From Tubiluchus corallicola (taxonomy: Eukaryota; Animalia; Priapulida), in the NCBI GenBank assembly GCA_030141605.1, contig JAQGDQ010000410.1, positions 1 to 64,000 on the forward strand: a stretch of 64,000 bases of DNA. Direction: 5' to 3'. The translations under genes were made by a program, and so were the position numbers. The notes under the pieces were generated by a model. The model was not told where the DNA came from and did no database searches. It worked only from the letters and a program-made list of their open reading frames with translations. Below, one piece after another: positions 51,274-64,000 of the stretch; position 1 is the first letter of the stretch; each line of letters begins with the position of its first letter.

Positions 51274-52024
51274 ATTAGCAGATATTTTGCGAAAATCTAG
51301 TAGCAATGTGCTTATGTAGGCTTTATATTTATATTTTTGTAGTCGTTTTGTAATATCTTTGCAGGCTTCACATTAAAAAGCTTGCATTTTTATTTTCTTT
51401 ACTGTGAATCAACATTTTTTATAAAAAACATGAGCACCGTAAAACCGAATGGATAATAATCAAGTAATTGCATGTAGAAATGATTTCATGCGATCTAACA
51501 ATAGCAACGTTTTACTCAGCTAGTATGACTAATTAAATGAAATTTAAGCAGTTAGTCACTGCCCTGCGTGGAATTGTAGCATACAAAGGTGCAACGAAGT
51601 TAAATCCTATAAACACAGACAATACCATTTTTCTCAACAGATAAAATCTTGGCACGTTTTCGTAATTGTAAGTATCATAAAATCGCAGAAATGCGTAGTA
51701 AAGAAAACGTTTTTAGCTCCCAATTTGCACTTCCCTTCTCGCTCAGCAGACGTAAAGTGCGTTTCCATAACTAGTTATCCATAAACTAGCATAACTAGTT
51801 TTCCAAAAAGATAAGACCTAAACAAGACAATTTCAATAAATGCGAAAGTTGTCGTGGGACAAATACGTATCAAACTTTTTCAGCTGAATTAAAAAATAGA
51901 AAAATCTCAATGCCGGTAAGGAAAAACTGAACAAGGTACTTCATCCATCGCAACGCCTCCTTACGAAGCCACAGGCTACATATTTAAAATCTCTTTTTAT
52001 TTTGGCGCTCGTATTATAATATGC

Positions 52025-52336
52025 ATCCAAAATATATATGAAAAAGCTCTTCTGAGATTTGCCAGGTATAACACAAAAACGCCGAATTCTTTTATAGTCA
52101 GACATTGATTACTGATAGGTTAGCAGCACAAAATACGTATGAAAAAGCTCTCCTGAGATTTGCCATCTATAACACAGAAGCGCTGAATTCTTTTATAGTC
52201 GGACAATGATTATTGATAGGTTAGCAGCACAGGCTATTCAGCTGATGAGGCCCGTTAGGACGAAAGCTCTTAAAATAAATAAACATCATTGTGAGACTAT
52301 GAAGCGCATTCAACGTCTTTATATCCAAAATATATA
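52025..52336 (+). mobile_element. Penelope-like terminal-repeat remnant: two ~101-bp tandem units plus a hammerhead motif, bounded by a 14-bp direct repeat
   Basis: atccaaaatatata at 52025 and 52323. Tandem units start tatgaaaaagctct at ~52037 and ~52138. Confidence 0.55.
52235..52277 (+). ncRNA. Minimal type I hammerhead ribozyme-like motif (degenerate)
   Basis: CUGAUGA (52242-52248), stem II G.CC/GG.C with one mismatch, GAAA (52262-52265), GC, UC cleavage site at 52268-52269. Stem I is weak. AATAAA follows. Confidence 0.55.
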
Positions 52337-54032
52337 CTTTGTGCTAATATAACCTCTTTGCAATGCTTCTATAAGAATAAAATTAGTGTTATACGGCGTT
52401 GTATAGTCCTCGTTTGTGTCGAGTATTCGTAAAACCAGCTATATTCATAAAGTCAGCATTTTTATACTACACTAAAACTACATTATGTTTATTTTAATTC
52501 ATTGAAATCTAAATGTTATTGTTAAGTACCAACTTATCAAAATTCACGTAATATGAAGAACTTCACATGCGATGACTGTTTTTAAATTTGTTCACTAAAA
52601 TTTTTCAACTTGCCGGTCAAAAATCTGTCCTTACTAGTCAAGTTCTATTTTTATACATTCTTAATCGCTGGGATATTTCTGTTATAATTCTTGAAATATT
52701 ACTTTAGGAATCACCACAATACAAATAGTTATTAAGGATTTTTTTTTCTTAAACACAAGCGCCGCAGAAATCACTGCAGGGAAGAGTTGAATTATTTCTA
52801 ATACAGTTTAATATTTACAAAAATTTATTGTCAATAAAAAAACTACGTAGTGGCATTTCCTGCGCTTTCAATGTGCTTGCTTTTTTCTTTGCTTATTAAA
52901 GATACACCGATGTTGCCCTGGCGGGTCGGAGTATCCCTTGCTCGATTGTCATACATTTATTGTTTGTTAGTGGTTTATAGTGCCTATTGCTTTATAAAAT
53001 AAGATGTTTTAGACGCAGTTTTCTGACCTGCCTATTTTGTAAAGCTAAACAATTCTAACGCAAATTTTAACCCACAGAGTGCGCCACAGTTGCTGTTGAT
53101 TTGTCAAAAACTTGTATCTTATCTAAATTGTTTGAGAAGAGAGAAGTACTAGAGTGGATTTTTGGCATTTTTCTCAAATCGTACGCACCGACTAAGAAAA
53201 AGTAAAAATAATTCTTCTGTCAATTCACTGTAATTTCATGTATCGGTTCCAGATGCCGTAGTTTTGTTAGGGTACAGTCATTCAAGCAAATATTTTGTGG
53301 TACGCTGTGTACCTGCAATGAAAAAGAAAAATTACAGGAAAAAGATAATAGGATGTATGTCAGAGGGGTAAAGCGCCTATGTCATATTAATTCTTGAGCT
53401 TGTGATCATTTTCATCGTTACGTAATGCTGTTTACTGTTTAGCGGCTAAGCCTAATCCATAAAGATGAAAGTTGCGTAGTCTATGTTTACTTTACTACGC
53501 GTGTGCCGTTGTCATTGTGTTCCCAATGCCTGTTCATGATACTCTACAGACAGATGCAGAGGCGTATAAGTCAACTCCCACATCTGAGTGTATTGATTCA
53601 AATGTAGTGACATGTGAACGGTAGTGGATAGGTAGCTCTGATTGTTAATGTACAACTACGGTGAGATCTCAGACCAATTTTGTCATGTTGAATCAGCAGC
53701 TCAAATGGCAGAGCATTGTGACACCAAAGGTTCTGGGTTTAAATACTGATGACCCCCAACTTTTCAGCACCTGCATGATGTTTGTCTTAATTAATGTGTT
53801 TGTGTTGCTGCAAAATAAAATTCTAATATCACTGGTCTTACTTGTCATGTGTTGAGACTTAGAATAAGTTAAATTAATATCAGTATTCGTTCGCCCACTC
53901 ACTCACACACACAGACACATTAGCCTCATGCACACACACGCATACTCCAACTCAGTCGCACTCTCTGTTACACCCTTACATGCTCTCTTATTCACTCACA
54001 CAATGCACTCCCTCACTCATCCCATCTTTGAA

Positions 54033-54034
<2 letters not shown>

Positions 54035-54110
<76 letters not shown>
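54035..54110. repeat. (CT)n microsatellite
   Basis: Visible run. Confidence 0.95.
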
Positions 54111-54114
<4 letters not shown>

Positions 54115-55031
54115 TCCTGTTAAGAAACTGTTGATTAAAGCCTAACTGTCGAACTATGAACTTATCATGCACATATAAATTACCTAATAACAAAATACAC
54201 CTTTAAATAATTAGCAGAACTCCTTTAATTTTATTAGCGTTGCTGTAAATTGCTGTGAATTTTCTGACATACTTTGGCAGTTGTTCCGACGGTTTACAGC
54301 CAAATGGCCGACCTCGATCTGCGTTAGTCGGATTCATTGCATTCTTTCTGATTCGATTGATCTGATTCCAGTTCTTGTCAGCCTCTGTAGGTCTCCATAA
54401 ACCCATGAAGTAGTTTATCGTAAGAATCTTTGCACCTTTGAATTCCGCAAAGCAAGAAACCTTTTTTAGAAATTGCGCACTAAGAAAAAATGTTGGCCCG
54501 TGGAATAATTTCATAGCAGTTTCAAAACACGACCAAACTTCTTTGGCATAAATGTTAAACTGATGTAAGATTTATGGTTTATTTATTAAACAACTTCAAA
54601 TAGTTCAAAGTGCGCAAGAGTTTAGCAATATAGTACAAAAATAAACATTGCATTTGAACTGTAAAATTTATAAGCTTCATTTATTAGGCACTGCATCTCA
54701 GCTGTGTTAGATAATGTGTTAGATGATTGAGTAGTGTTACTGTTTTGAACATCATGAACACCGAGAAAACTCGTCTGAACGTGTCGGCAAGCGTATGGTT
54801 TCGACGATGGTCACACGTCCCGAGCTTTAAATAGACTGTGAATTTAAAACTAACTGTAACAAGAAGCGCCGCTGGCTATGGGACAGATGCCCGTTTTATC
54901 ATGAAGCCAAAGAAGTCGTGGAGTAAGTCACTATAGTAGCCTTTGGCATCTATAATATTTATAGAAACATTGTGTTACTGCTGTGCTAGTGCAAGCTACT
55001 ATATTAAAGTTTAACATGTGACAAAGTAAGA

Positions 55032-55376
55032 ATGCCAATACGCAGACGTTCACATCGTGAAAATAATCCTATAGGTGGCAGCATTTTGCGGAAAAAACTG
55101 GACAGCCAAAAGTCGGTTGCAGGACCTCAGCTAGCAAAGACTGAGACTAAAACACTAAAGGACAAAAGAAGTACTCTTACTAAATCTAAAACTGTTTTCA
55201 AGTCGACAGATAGTGACAGAAGGCAGTCACAATCAGAAACCGATTGCTTCGATTATGACGCTGATATTGATGTTCTTGATGACGATGAAGATAGCAAACT
55301 TGGTCAAGAAGACGTGGCATATGGTATGATAGCTAGTTTTTTACCTTTTATGCCTCAGAATCCGTCAGAAATGTAA
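55032..55376 (+). CDS. Possible small hydrophilic protein or exon (114 aa), unknown function
   Basis: ATG-initiated ORF with protein-like composition: basic N-half and an acidic DYDADIDVLDDDED tract. It is not microsatellite-derived, but I recognise no domain. Confidence 0.35.
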   Translation: MPIRRRSHRENNPIGGSILRKKLDSQKSVAGPQLAKTETKTLKDKRSTLTKSKTVFKSTDSDRRQSQSETDCFDYDADIDVLDDDEDSKLGQEDVAYGMIASFLPFMPQNPSEM

Positions 55377-55780
55377 ATTTCTAGGCTGTTCTTACTGGTA
55401 ACAGACATAAACTTAACTAATTATGACAAACGTACAACTAACATATAAAGAACTTTGCGTACGCAATGCACCTCTAGCAGATTGCAGCTTCCTTTATATT
55501 AACGTAACTTGTTATAATAATAATATTATAAAATTATTAAACATAATTATATGTATATAGATACATACATGTATACATACATATATTGCTAAATTCATAC
55601 TATTTAAGTTAGGCTTGCCTGAGTACAAAACTATTACGAATTAATCAGATTACTTGGATTATACATAGTAGTAATTATATTAGACAGATCTATCGGTCAT
55701 CCGAAGGCCTAACGAAGGTCGAATAATTTCAGGAAAAGCTAATAACAGCTTTTTGCACAGAAACGCGTGGCAAAATCAAT

Positions 55781-55947
55781 CAGGGTCACTTGGGCAGCGG
55801 ACATTTGGGTAATAGACACCTGGGTAGAGAACACATGGGAAGCACTGTGTCCACTGCCTAAATGTTCTACTGCCCAAATGTCCACTGCCAAACTGGCCAC
55901 TGCCCATCTCACCACTGCTCACGTGTCCACTGCCCAAGTGTACACTG
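55781..55947. mobile_element. Small foldback MITE built from 15-bp subrepeats in opposite orientations
   Basis: Left arm has units like ttgggcagcggacat. Right arm has units like atgtccactgcccaa. Ends: cagggtcacttgggcag / ctgcccaagtgtacactg. Confidence 0.7.
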
Positions 55948-56254
55948 TCAAAACGTCCTAAAACCAGCATAATAGCCGTCAAAGGTTTAATACGACGACG
56001 ACAACGACAACAACAGTTATTGCTAGCGATTAATGATCATTACCGATCCTTCACTTAATTAAGCAGTAGTAAACCACGCTCAGTTACCAGGGCTTCACCA
56101 ACAAGCAGACACAGCAGCTCGTCCAGTTGTCGGACAGCTGCAAATCATCAATGTGCTGTAAAAATGTCCGTTTTTTACTCTCCGTAAACAGATTTAGGAG
56201 TTTATAGCCCTGCCAGAATACGTTCAAACATATTAAATTAAATTAGATTGGGTT

Positions 56255-56410
56255 AAGGTAGGTCAGGTCAGGTCAAGTCAGGTCAGATAAGTCAGGTCAG
56301 GTCAAATCAGGTCAGGCTATGACTTGCTTTGTCTTGTCTTGCTTTGTGTAACCTTGTGAGGCAAGATTGGATTGGATTAGACAAGATCAGATTGGATTAG
56401 ATTAGATTAC
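56255..56410. repeat. (GGTCA)n and (GATTA/G)n pentanucleotide tracts
   Basis: Visible 5-bp periodicity. Confidence 0.8.
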
Positions 56411-56539
56411 TTTTATTAATTTATTAAAAATCGATGGTCTGAAAAATTAATTTTATTTGCGTTAAATTCTATTAAAACTAAATCAGTTGTAGGAGCTTAT
56501 TGTCTTAGTAATATTTATTGTCTCTTACTATTATACAAT

Positions 56540-59060
56540 TGAAAGTCATCCAATATGGCCACTTCTTTCACGAAAGCAGCACTGCCAGGTTGCAAACGCC
56601 CTTAACCATTCATCTTAACCATTAGTGCAGGAAAGATGACGATTTCAGTGTCTAAATATAGGTTTTCAAGGTCAAAGCTCCTATAATGTCATCACAATTA
56701 GGATTGCAAGGTGGCTTCAAGATGGCCACAAATGCGGCTGCTCTCGCACATTCTACTACAAACAAGATGATGATTTTGGTGTGTGACCAATTGTAGATTT
56801 TAATCATTCCTACTAAGTAAAATTTTCCATAGACATCACTTCATGAAGAAATCGAAGATGGTTACCAAGATGGCCACAAATACAGTCTAATGCAAATAAA
56901 ATGATAATTTGTTGTCCTATCGTAGGTTTAGAGCGTCATTTCTGATGTGTGCAAACAAGACTTGTTTGGATGTATTTACTAAATGTATTAGTGAAGTTGT
57001 CTTAACAGTGTTCTGTCTGATACTCCACTTATTTATGTGCCTCCGTAGTACCTGTAGATATTGAAAGAAATGTCTCCATTGATAATTATTAAATCTTTCC
57101 TTATGATTAAATCTTTACACGCCTTGTTCATTGACGTGTATATGCTGCCTTTGTCATTAAAAAGTACAACAAGACGTTCAAGCACAAACGTGATATCATT
57201 CAGCAGCTCATTTGTGAGCGCAATACAAAGCAAGCAGGAAATACAAATCTACTGTCACCTTCTCAAACACAAGTTTTTCTTCTCCCAGCAAATGCCGAAA
57301 TTTGGTAACAACCAGTAAAGGCAAAAAATTTAAATTTCACCACAGCTTATGCTGTTTTGAAGCTCCTTGTATTTGGTAATTGCATAACAATACCAACAGT
57401 ATTACGTCTTGATCATGATGCAATACGCTTTACTGACACAACCAGGAGTATGGAAAATAAGACGGGTCACGAGTGTTTACCTCTTCGTGACTGTATGGAG
57501 ATAAAGCAGATGATCATTTCTCTTGGTCTGTGTTGCATAGTTTACCATAAGTGAATGCTACTCTTAAATTCTGCTGAATCTGTTATATTTACTGGGAAAC
57601 CAAAGAGCTCTGTTTTATTTTCATCAACTTTCAGAAAATAAACACCACTTTACTAAACTATTGTTGGTGTTATATGTCTGCTGACCCTTCTTCCTCATTT
57701 AGCGCAGGCAGAGACACATTTATACCAAATGTATAAATCTGTCCACCTGTTCAACTTGTGATCTTATATGAGTTTAAGGAACCAATTTTCATGTTGCAAA
57801 ATGTAAATGTTTTAGTCTCGATGAAATGAAATCCCTAACTTCAAAATATTCACAATAACAGTTTAGTAGACAAGTACAGAATCAGCATTTGGACTCTGAA
57901 CACATCTTGTCACATAGCTGCAGGATAGGCCTATATTTTGTTTTGAAAAAATGTTTTGGAGGTCCCTGGCTTCAAAATATTCACAGTAACAGTTTAGTAC
58001 TCAAATAGTTTAGGATCAGTATCTGGACTCTGAACACATCTTGTTACATAGATGCAGGATAGGCCTTTATACATGATACGAGATCAAATTTAGCAGCATA
58101 TTTAAGTCTGCCAATATGGGGCATAGAAGGGAAAATATATTCATTTTTAGTTCGAAAACGTCTAGGACACTTATTTTTCCTAGGCTTAGCAAGAAATGTA
58201 CAACTGTGCCTGAGCAAAATATCAAAGTGAAATTTTATTCTAGATAAATCTATCGTCTTCAGGGTGCCTTGCCTCATGAAACTCTTTCAAAAAACTTTTT
58301 GCTAATGTTCATTTGTTTTGTTAAATAGAAACCACTAGCCTTCAGCAGCCCAGAAACTAGTTTATTTGTAAACGATCCATTTTCAAACAATTTCCTAAAT
58401 ACTCTTCATAGTTACCACCACTTGCTTATGAGCGCTATCTTTGGTGCCAGGTCCAAGTAGTTAAGGGCATTCATCTAGTAATGCATTTCCTGTTTTTTTT
58501 CCAAAACTTCAATTAGTGCTTTCAGTTGTTTTTCAAACTCAGATTGAGTGCTTTCGTTTTGCTTGTGGTAACGTGTACATGCATTGGCTAGGTCCTTTGC
58601 TTTTATTTTCTTAATTCTTCAAACTAAACTGATCGTTGAGGACAACTGTACAGTCATAACGATTCACGATTTTTGTTGGATTTTTTTTTGTATATTTGTC
58701 AATATCGGATATAAATTCTTCAATTCACAAAACCCGTGACCAAAAATTATTATTGCACTAGAATGCACTTTATTTTTACGGGCAGGTCCGTTTGAGGCCA
58801 GCTTGGCAGCCATTTTAGATATCTTGTGAATGAATATTAGGAATGAATTCCTTGACGAATAAAATACACATCATCATCGTATGTGAAGAAGATGGTGCAG
58901 TAAAGCTAATATATTACGACAGCAGTCATATTTGTAGCCTGCTTGGCAGCCATCTTGAAATCTTAGATGGACTAACTCTACAAGAGCTTTTAGGTATCAG
59001 AAATGAGATTTGAAACCTATATATGAAGGACCCAAAGCAAAATGAAAACAAAATTAGAAG
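56540..59060 (-). mobile_element. Decayed Academ-like DNA transposon
   Basis: Broken minus-strand frames give, in order: FPSMPHIGRLKYAAKFDLVSCI, FLKVDENKTELFGF, SHEEVNTR, DQDVILL, AFTGCYQISAFAGRRK, LERLVVLF. These match the HEEADTR / DTDV / FTGCD..SAF.GKGK motifs of Academ-type transposases. caagatggcc repeats lie on the left and gccatcttg/gccattttag on the right, in inverted orientation. Confidence 0.72.
57832..58066. repeat. ~130-bp-period tandem duplication inside the Academ-like remnant
   Basis: cttcaaaatattcaca(a/g)taacagtttagta...ggactctgaacacatcttgt(c/t)acatag(c/a)tgcaggataggcct occurs twice. Confidence 0.85.
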
Positions 59061-60504
59061 ATTCGACCATCATCTTAGTGAAGTACAGTTACCATTCTGA
59101 TTAAATTCTGTTAATTTAAATTGTTTTGTTTCTTTATAATTATAAACATTCATATTTACTGGATTTTACCTGCGTGTTTTAGCGCATTCCCAAGGTGTTT
59201 AACCTGGAGAATCAAGCTTAAATAACCATCAAAGCTCTTCTTCAAAAATGTTAAATATCTATTATTGCCAAAAGGTGGCAGCAGGATGTTAGTCTTTAAC
59301 ATTAATGATAAATGCACATTGCACAATGAAAATTGCACATATGTACATAGCCAGTTAAAAGACGGTATGTATTGTATAGATTTACTTGCACGTTTACTAG
59401 TAGAGACAGGGGAATACGTTAATAAAAGATTTAATTGCCTGCATTGTAATCCTAGAAAATTAAAAAAGTTAATATTGAAAGTTGATTTTTCCATACAACC
59501 AAATTTCAAAATTAGTGGCAATTTTTCGACACCTTTGACAAGTCAGTGGTCCCAAATTAATGTGCATTACTTCTTGTTATTGCGAATATCAAACGAAAGA
59601 GTCTACATTAAAAACGTATAATCTGAGCTTCTAAAAAAATAAAGTCTAAAATAAACTCTAGGGCCTATTTTTGTGCTGGCAAGTTTACTAGTGTAAGTCT
59701 TTAAAAGCTGATAATGCTGCCGATTCAATCAATTTTCTGACTATTAAAAATGAAAAAAGTAATTTCTAACCAATAAGGGAAGTTCAGTTCTGAGGTGAAC
59801 AACCAATCCCCGTGAATCTGGTTATAACCGGCTTATTTCGCGCGCCTGCTGTCTACAAAGGTGCTGGCCGCTGAGTCGAATGGGCGGCTTGTAGTATGAA
59901 CATACTATTGGCACAAAAGATTCAGTTAACGCAAATCAGTGTTCTTTCTTACAATTTTATAATAGCTATTATGGAGCCTCATCATTAGCAGCAGGTTCAC
60001 AAAAGTGTTAGAGCCTGAGTTTCATAAAGAAGTGTTAAGCTACGAAGTTACTTACGGTTCTCCCAACCCACACACGCACGCGCGGTGTCATTGATGATTT
60101 ACTATGATTCCCACGCTGAAAGCATTACGAAATGGCAGGGTGAATTCCGTTACCAATATAGCTTAAAAGGTGGAAAACTGTATATGTTCAGTTTACGCCG
60201 AGTTTTATGATTCTGTTCCACGAAAATTATATCGCTTTCATCGACTAACGAGCTGCAGCTAAAGTGAGTCAATGTTGCTTTGTTTATGATCTTCTCTGGT
60301 CTGTTTTTTGGTGACTGTGTTACAGAAACTGGCTACCATTCATCTCATCTTACTGCAGTATGAAGTGTGTAACTTAGTGAATTTATAAGCATTGCCACAG
60401 CTACCAAACTCGCATAGAAGAATAATTAGCGTCCCGTGTTAATTTACTATTATTAGTGAAAACAAAGTTGATAGGCCGCCTCTACTAACGCGACGGTGAT
60501 AATC

Positions 60505-60583
60505 ATGACGTTGGATACTAATGACGTGAAAACAGATGCGGAAAAGGTGTATCTTCCTTTGTCAGAGCCTTACGTGAAACCAG
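60505..60583 (+). CDS. Possible first coding exon of a gene that continues downstream
   Basis: atcATGa start, MTLDTNDVKTDAEKVYLPLSEPYVKP, then a CAG|gtaaat donor. I found no downstream exon. Confidence 0.25.
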
Positions 60584-61197
60584 GTAAATTAATAACGCAA
60601 TTTATTTCCTCCATTGAAGAGTAAACAGTAAAGATAGTTTACTAACTCAGCATAGTACATTTAATGTGTCTTAATTTTATAGCGTTTTCGCTCACAAAGT
60701 GTTATAGGAACCCCGGCTAGCTAATTGTTAACCTAAGTAAACCAAAGGCTGTTTTCCGTTTTTTTTTTGGTACTGGCCTAGCGCCGTTTCAACAGAGTTT
60801 TTATGATTTTGAGACATCTCGCAACCGAGGCAATGTCTGTTAGTGATGATTATTTTTGCCGCTTCTGGCTATAAACTTTATTGCTTTCAAGGAATTAAGT
60901 GCATAGCATTGCTGTAAAAAGTCATTACTGAGAAAATGGCTTATTGGCACGTCTGCTTCCGACTAGACTTTCTAGTCTACTCGCTTGGCGTTTAAACTCT
61001 CCTGGATAACCACGATAAGCTTTACAGATTTATTCTCGTGCAACCATGTAACTCTACACCTACTTCTATTAAAATTAGATTTTCCATTTTTGGCAAAGGC
61101 CTACATATACAATTGCACAATATTTCTACTGTATCAAAATTAATAATTTTAGGCAGTCAGTTACACTCGAACAAGATTTTTTTTACTTGCTTACCCT

Positions 61198-61198
<1 letters not shown>

Positions 61199-61288
<90 letters not shown>
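61199..61288. repeat. (TA)n(TG)n microsatellite
   Basis: Visible run. Confidence 0.95.
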
Positions 61289-61291
<3 letters not shown>

Positions 61292-64000
61292 TGATTTTCT
61301 TGGAAAATTATATCAACAATCGTTTAACAATCACGGCCAAATAAAGTTCATTTCGTGAAACTACGAAAACTAAATTCGTGTATTAAATAACCCATTTTTT
61401 ATTTTATTGTGCGTATCGATATGTTTCTGTATTTTTTATCTTAAATGATAAAACACAATATAAAGACAAGCATTTTAGTTATAGTAACTGGTTTACAATT
61501 CGTGATTAGCTCTTTTATGCTACCATTTTCGTTGGAGGCATCACAACTGTTTGGTAACACCAGGCAAATTGAGTAATTTGCACATGTTCACAGGTAGTAA
61601 GCTTAGGGTGAAAGCTCCACGTGCAGTTCTAATCTACCGGGATGAGTGGTTGAAAGTCATCTTAACTTCGCATTGAGAATGACCTGACTTCTCAGTTTTT
61701 TATTCCAGAAACATTTTCAGAAATGTAGGATTTTATATTGGAAAAGCTGTGATTTTAGTTGTTCTTAATTACGGTTGTTCTTGTAAAATTTTAATGAACA
61801 TTCAATGTTTATTCTCGTGTGGGCGATTGCAGGAGAGGTATGTCACCGTCTGTGTAGGTGGTATGTTAAATAGTCTACCGGATATTTCCTATTTTATTAC
61901 GAATGCCAGAAAATGTTGAAACCTGTTGTTGTGCTGTACAGCATTCAGTAGACTATACAGCAGCTACTGCTGTTATCATTTCCAAAAGTACTTTTATTAC
62001 AATCTTCCGACTTAGCGAAATCGGTACAGCAAAATCCGTAGACCCACAGTCACAAAATTGTTAATCTGCCTATACATTTCGTTTACAGTCCATCCTAATA
62101 GTGGGTGATTGATGAATTTAACAACACCACTGCTTTCAATTTATTCAACTTTGTTTACTGTGGAAAAAGTAAGTCTCATTATAATTTTTTTGGTAATTTT
62201 AGATGAACAAATCCTCAGAAAACACGCATGTATGTAAACGTGGTCAGGCAAAAAATAATCCAAATATACTCTGAAAATCACATGCTCAGATGAAACAGAA
62301 GGCACGCAGTCTAAAATTAAACCTGTCGAGTTTTGGAAAATCATTTGCCTTGCTAGCAAACTGTGTCTAGTCCCCACACACGGATCAACAACCTTATTAC
62401 AAAATTTAATGTTTGCCCAGGAATGTACTACTTTGTGCCAACTTTATAAAAAAACGCTGACAGGTCTGGCTTAAGACAAGTTCAGAAGGTCTACTAAACA
62501 AAACTTTAAACTGGTAAAAAATTTTAAAAAAATAAATTTTATTTGGAATACCAAACCTGCAGATGTGAGTTTTCGTTAATAAAGACCTATCACTTTACAC
62601 TCTGTTATTCCATACCAATGTAGCAAATCGAGCGCACTCGTGAAAATGCTGAAATTTGAACTGAATAAGTGATATACATGCGTATGTACTCGAAATCAAA
62701 TCGATCTGTTTTTTCTGCGTTCGTGCATTGTGTAAAAACCTCATCAAATTTTATGACACGCCAGAAGTCAGCTGATAAAAACATTAGTGCCCAAGCAATT
62801 TTATATACTTTCTTGCTACATCATGTTAATTCTTAATATTTCATTTTACGGTCACTGGCTTTGTAGTTACTACATGTTCCCAGATTAAGAATAGTTACTG
62901 TACATACCAAACAAGCGGGAATGAATACCTTCCCTTGAGTGACAAATTGAGCCGTTTACCTTGAACTAAACGGGTTCAGTCATTTCCCGTCACATAGAGT
63001 AGACTTTGCCCAGTACCTGTGAAATGCTAACTGTGACTTTCAACTGCAAGTCAGCTTAATATGCACGTTCATGAAAAACAAATAAAAATACGATTACGTA
63101 TTATGAGAGATTTGACACATGCGTGCAATGTATAATTTTCGAATTCTCAGATCTTACATTCTAGTTGTAATTAAATATGCATTGCCAAGGCCTACCATAT
63201 GTATATATAATTATTAATATTTCCATATGATAACAGTAGCAAGCGTCTTGAATATCACTAAGTCAACAACATTATGCACGTCTGGTACATTAAATACAGT
63301 GTACCAACAAATAAAACATGCGTATTACGTATATTGCTAAACATTAGTGAATGGCAACTCCATATTAATTTTGATTGTTTCCCTACACAACTGGCTAACC
63401 GTAATGGTTCGGTTGGTTCCTCAAACGACTTGCTTATAATCCACGCTCATATCACAGTCATCAACTCGGCTTTAGATTAAAAAAATTAGGTGACCATTTT
63501 CTTTTTTTCTGAAATGCCCACATAAAGCTTGCAAAACACCATGTAGGACCATGAATGCCAAAGTAATGCCTTCTCCACACGGTTCTTCAGAACATTGACA
63601 GTCAAATGAACGACATTAAAAAACTGAACTCTGAATTTTGAACGTTGACCAGAAATTTTCACATTGACACCACGCTTGAGGATATTATCTTCTCCGACAA
63701 TGACAAACTAAACTCGACACCGACAGTGTCTCGAACAGCGTGGCAGACCTACTACAACCTGGAATTTTTTCTACAAAATTCGTGTCGTCTTGAAATGCGT
63801 CAGGTCCGCGTTTATAGATCTTCTTTGTTCTTTTCCGAATGATGTCTCGTTGTAAGCTTATAATCGTTAAACCGTAACTGCAGAATTTTGAATACTGTAT
63901 AATCATATTCTTTCAGACTCACATAGTACAGAAGGCGCTAAAGCATGATTGATGTGTGTTTTTGTTAACTTAATTCAAAACCTGTCGGAGCACACGAGTA

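Noticed and set aside
55776-55982. Gly/Ser-rich repeat ORFs
   Set aside because: They translate the 15-bp subrepeats of the foldback MITE.

Overview
AT-rich, intron-rich animal (probably invertebrate) genomic DNA. Positions 1-42.6 kb hold a cluster of at least four divergent ionotropic glutamate receptor (iGluR)/IR-like genes. Three are on +: the 3' end of one, plus two essentially complete genes of about 670-680 aa. One is on -. I rebuilt them by hand from GT-AG exons with matching phases. They have a shortened N-terminal domain, a VYTANLAAF gate, rewired ligand-binding residues and unusual pore loops (QQD, QQG, FQD). Head-to-head with the fourth receptor is a three-exon gene the ORF track only shows in fragments. 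It encodes a 127-aa secreted precursor with a signal peptide, an RQKR furin site and a 4-Cys mature peptide. The rest is transposon debris: CR1/L2-type LINEs (one with a decayed 2A-like motif), a young RT fragment, a MetaSINE-like element, MITEs and foldbacks, an Academ-like remnant, a Penelope-type minimal hammerhead motif, and microsatellites. All family assignments come from motif recognition by eye, not database searches.
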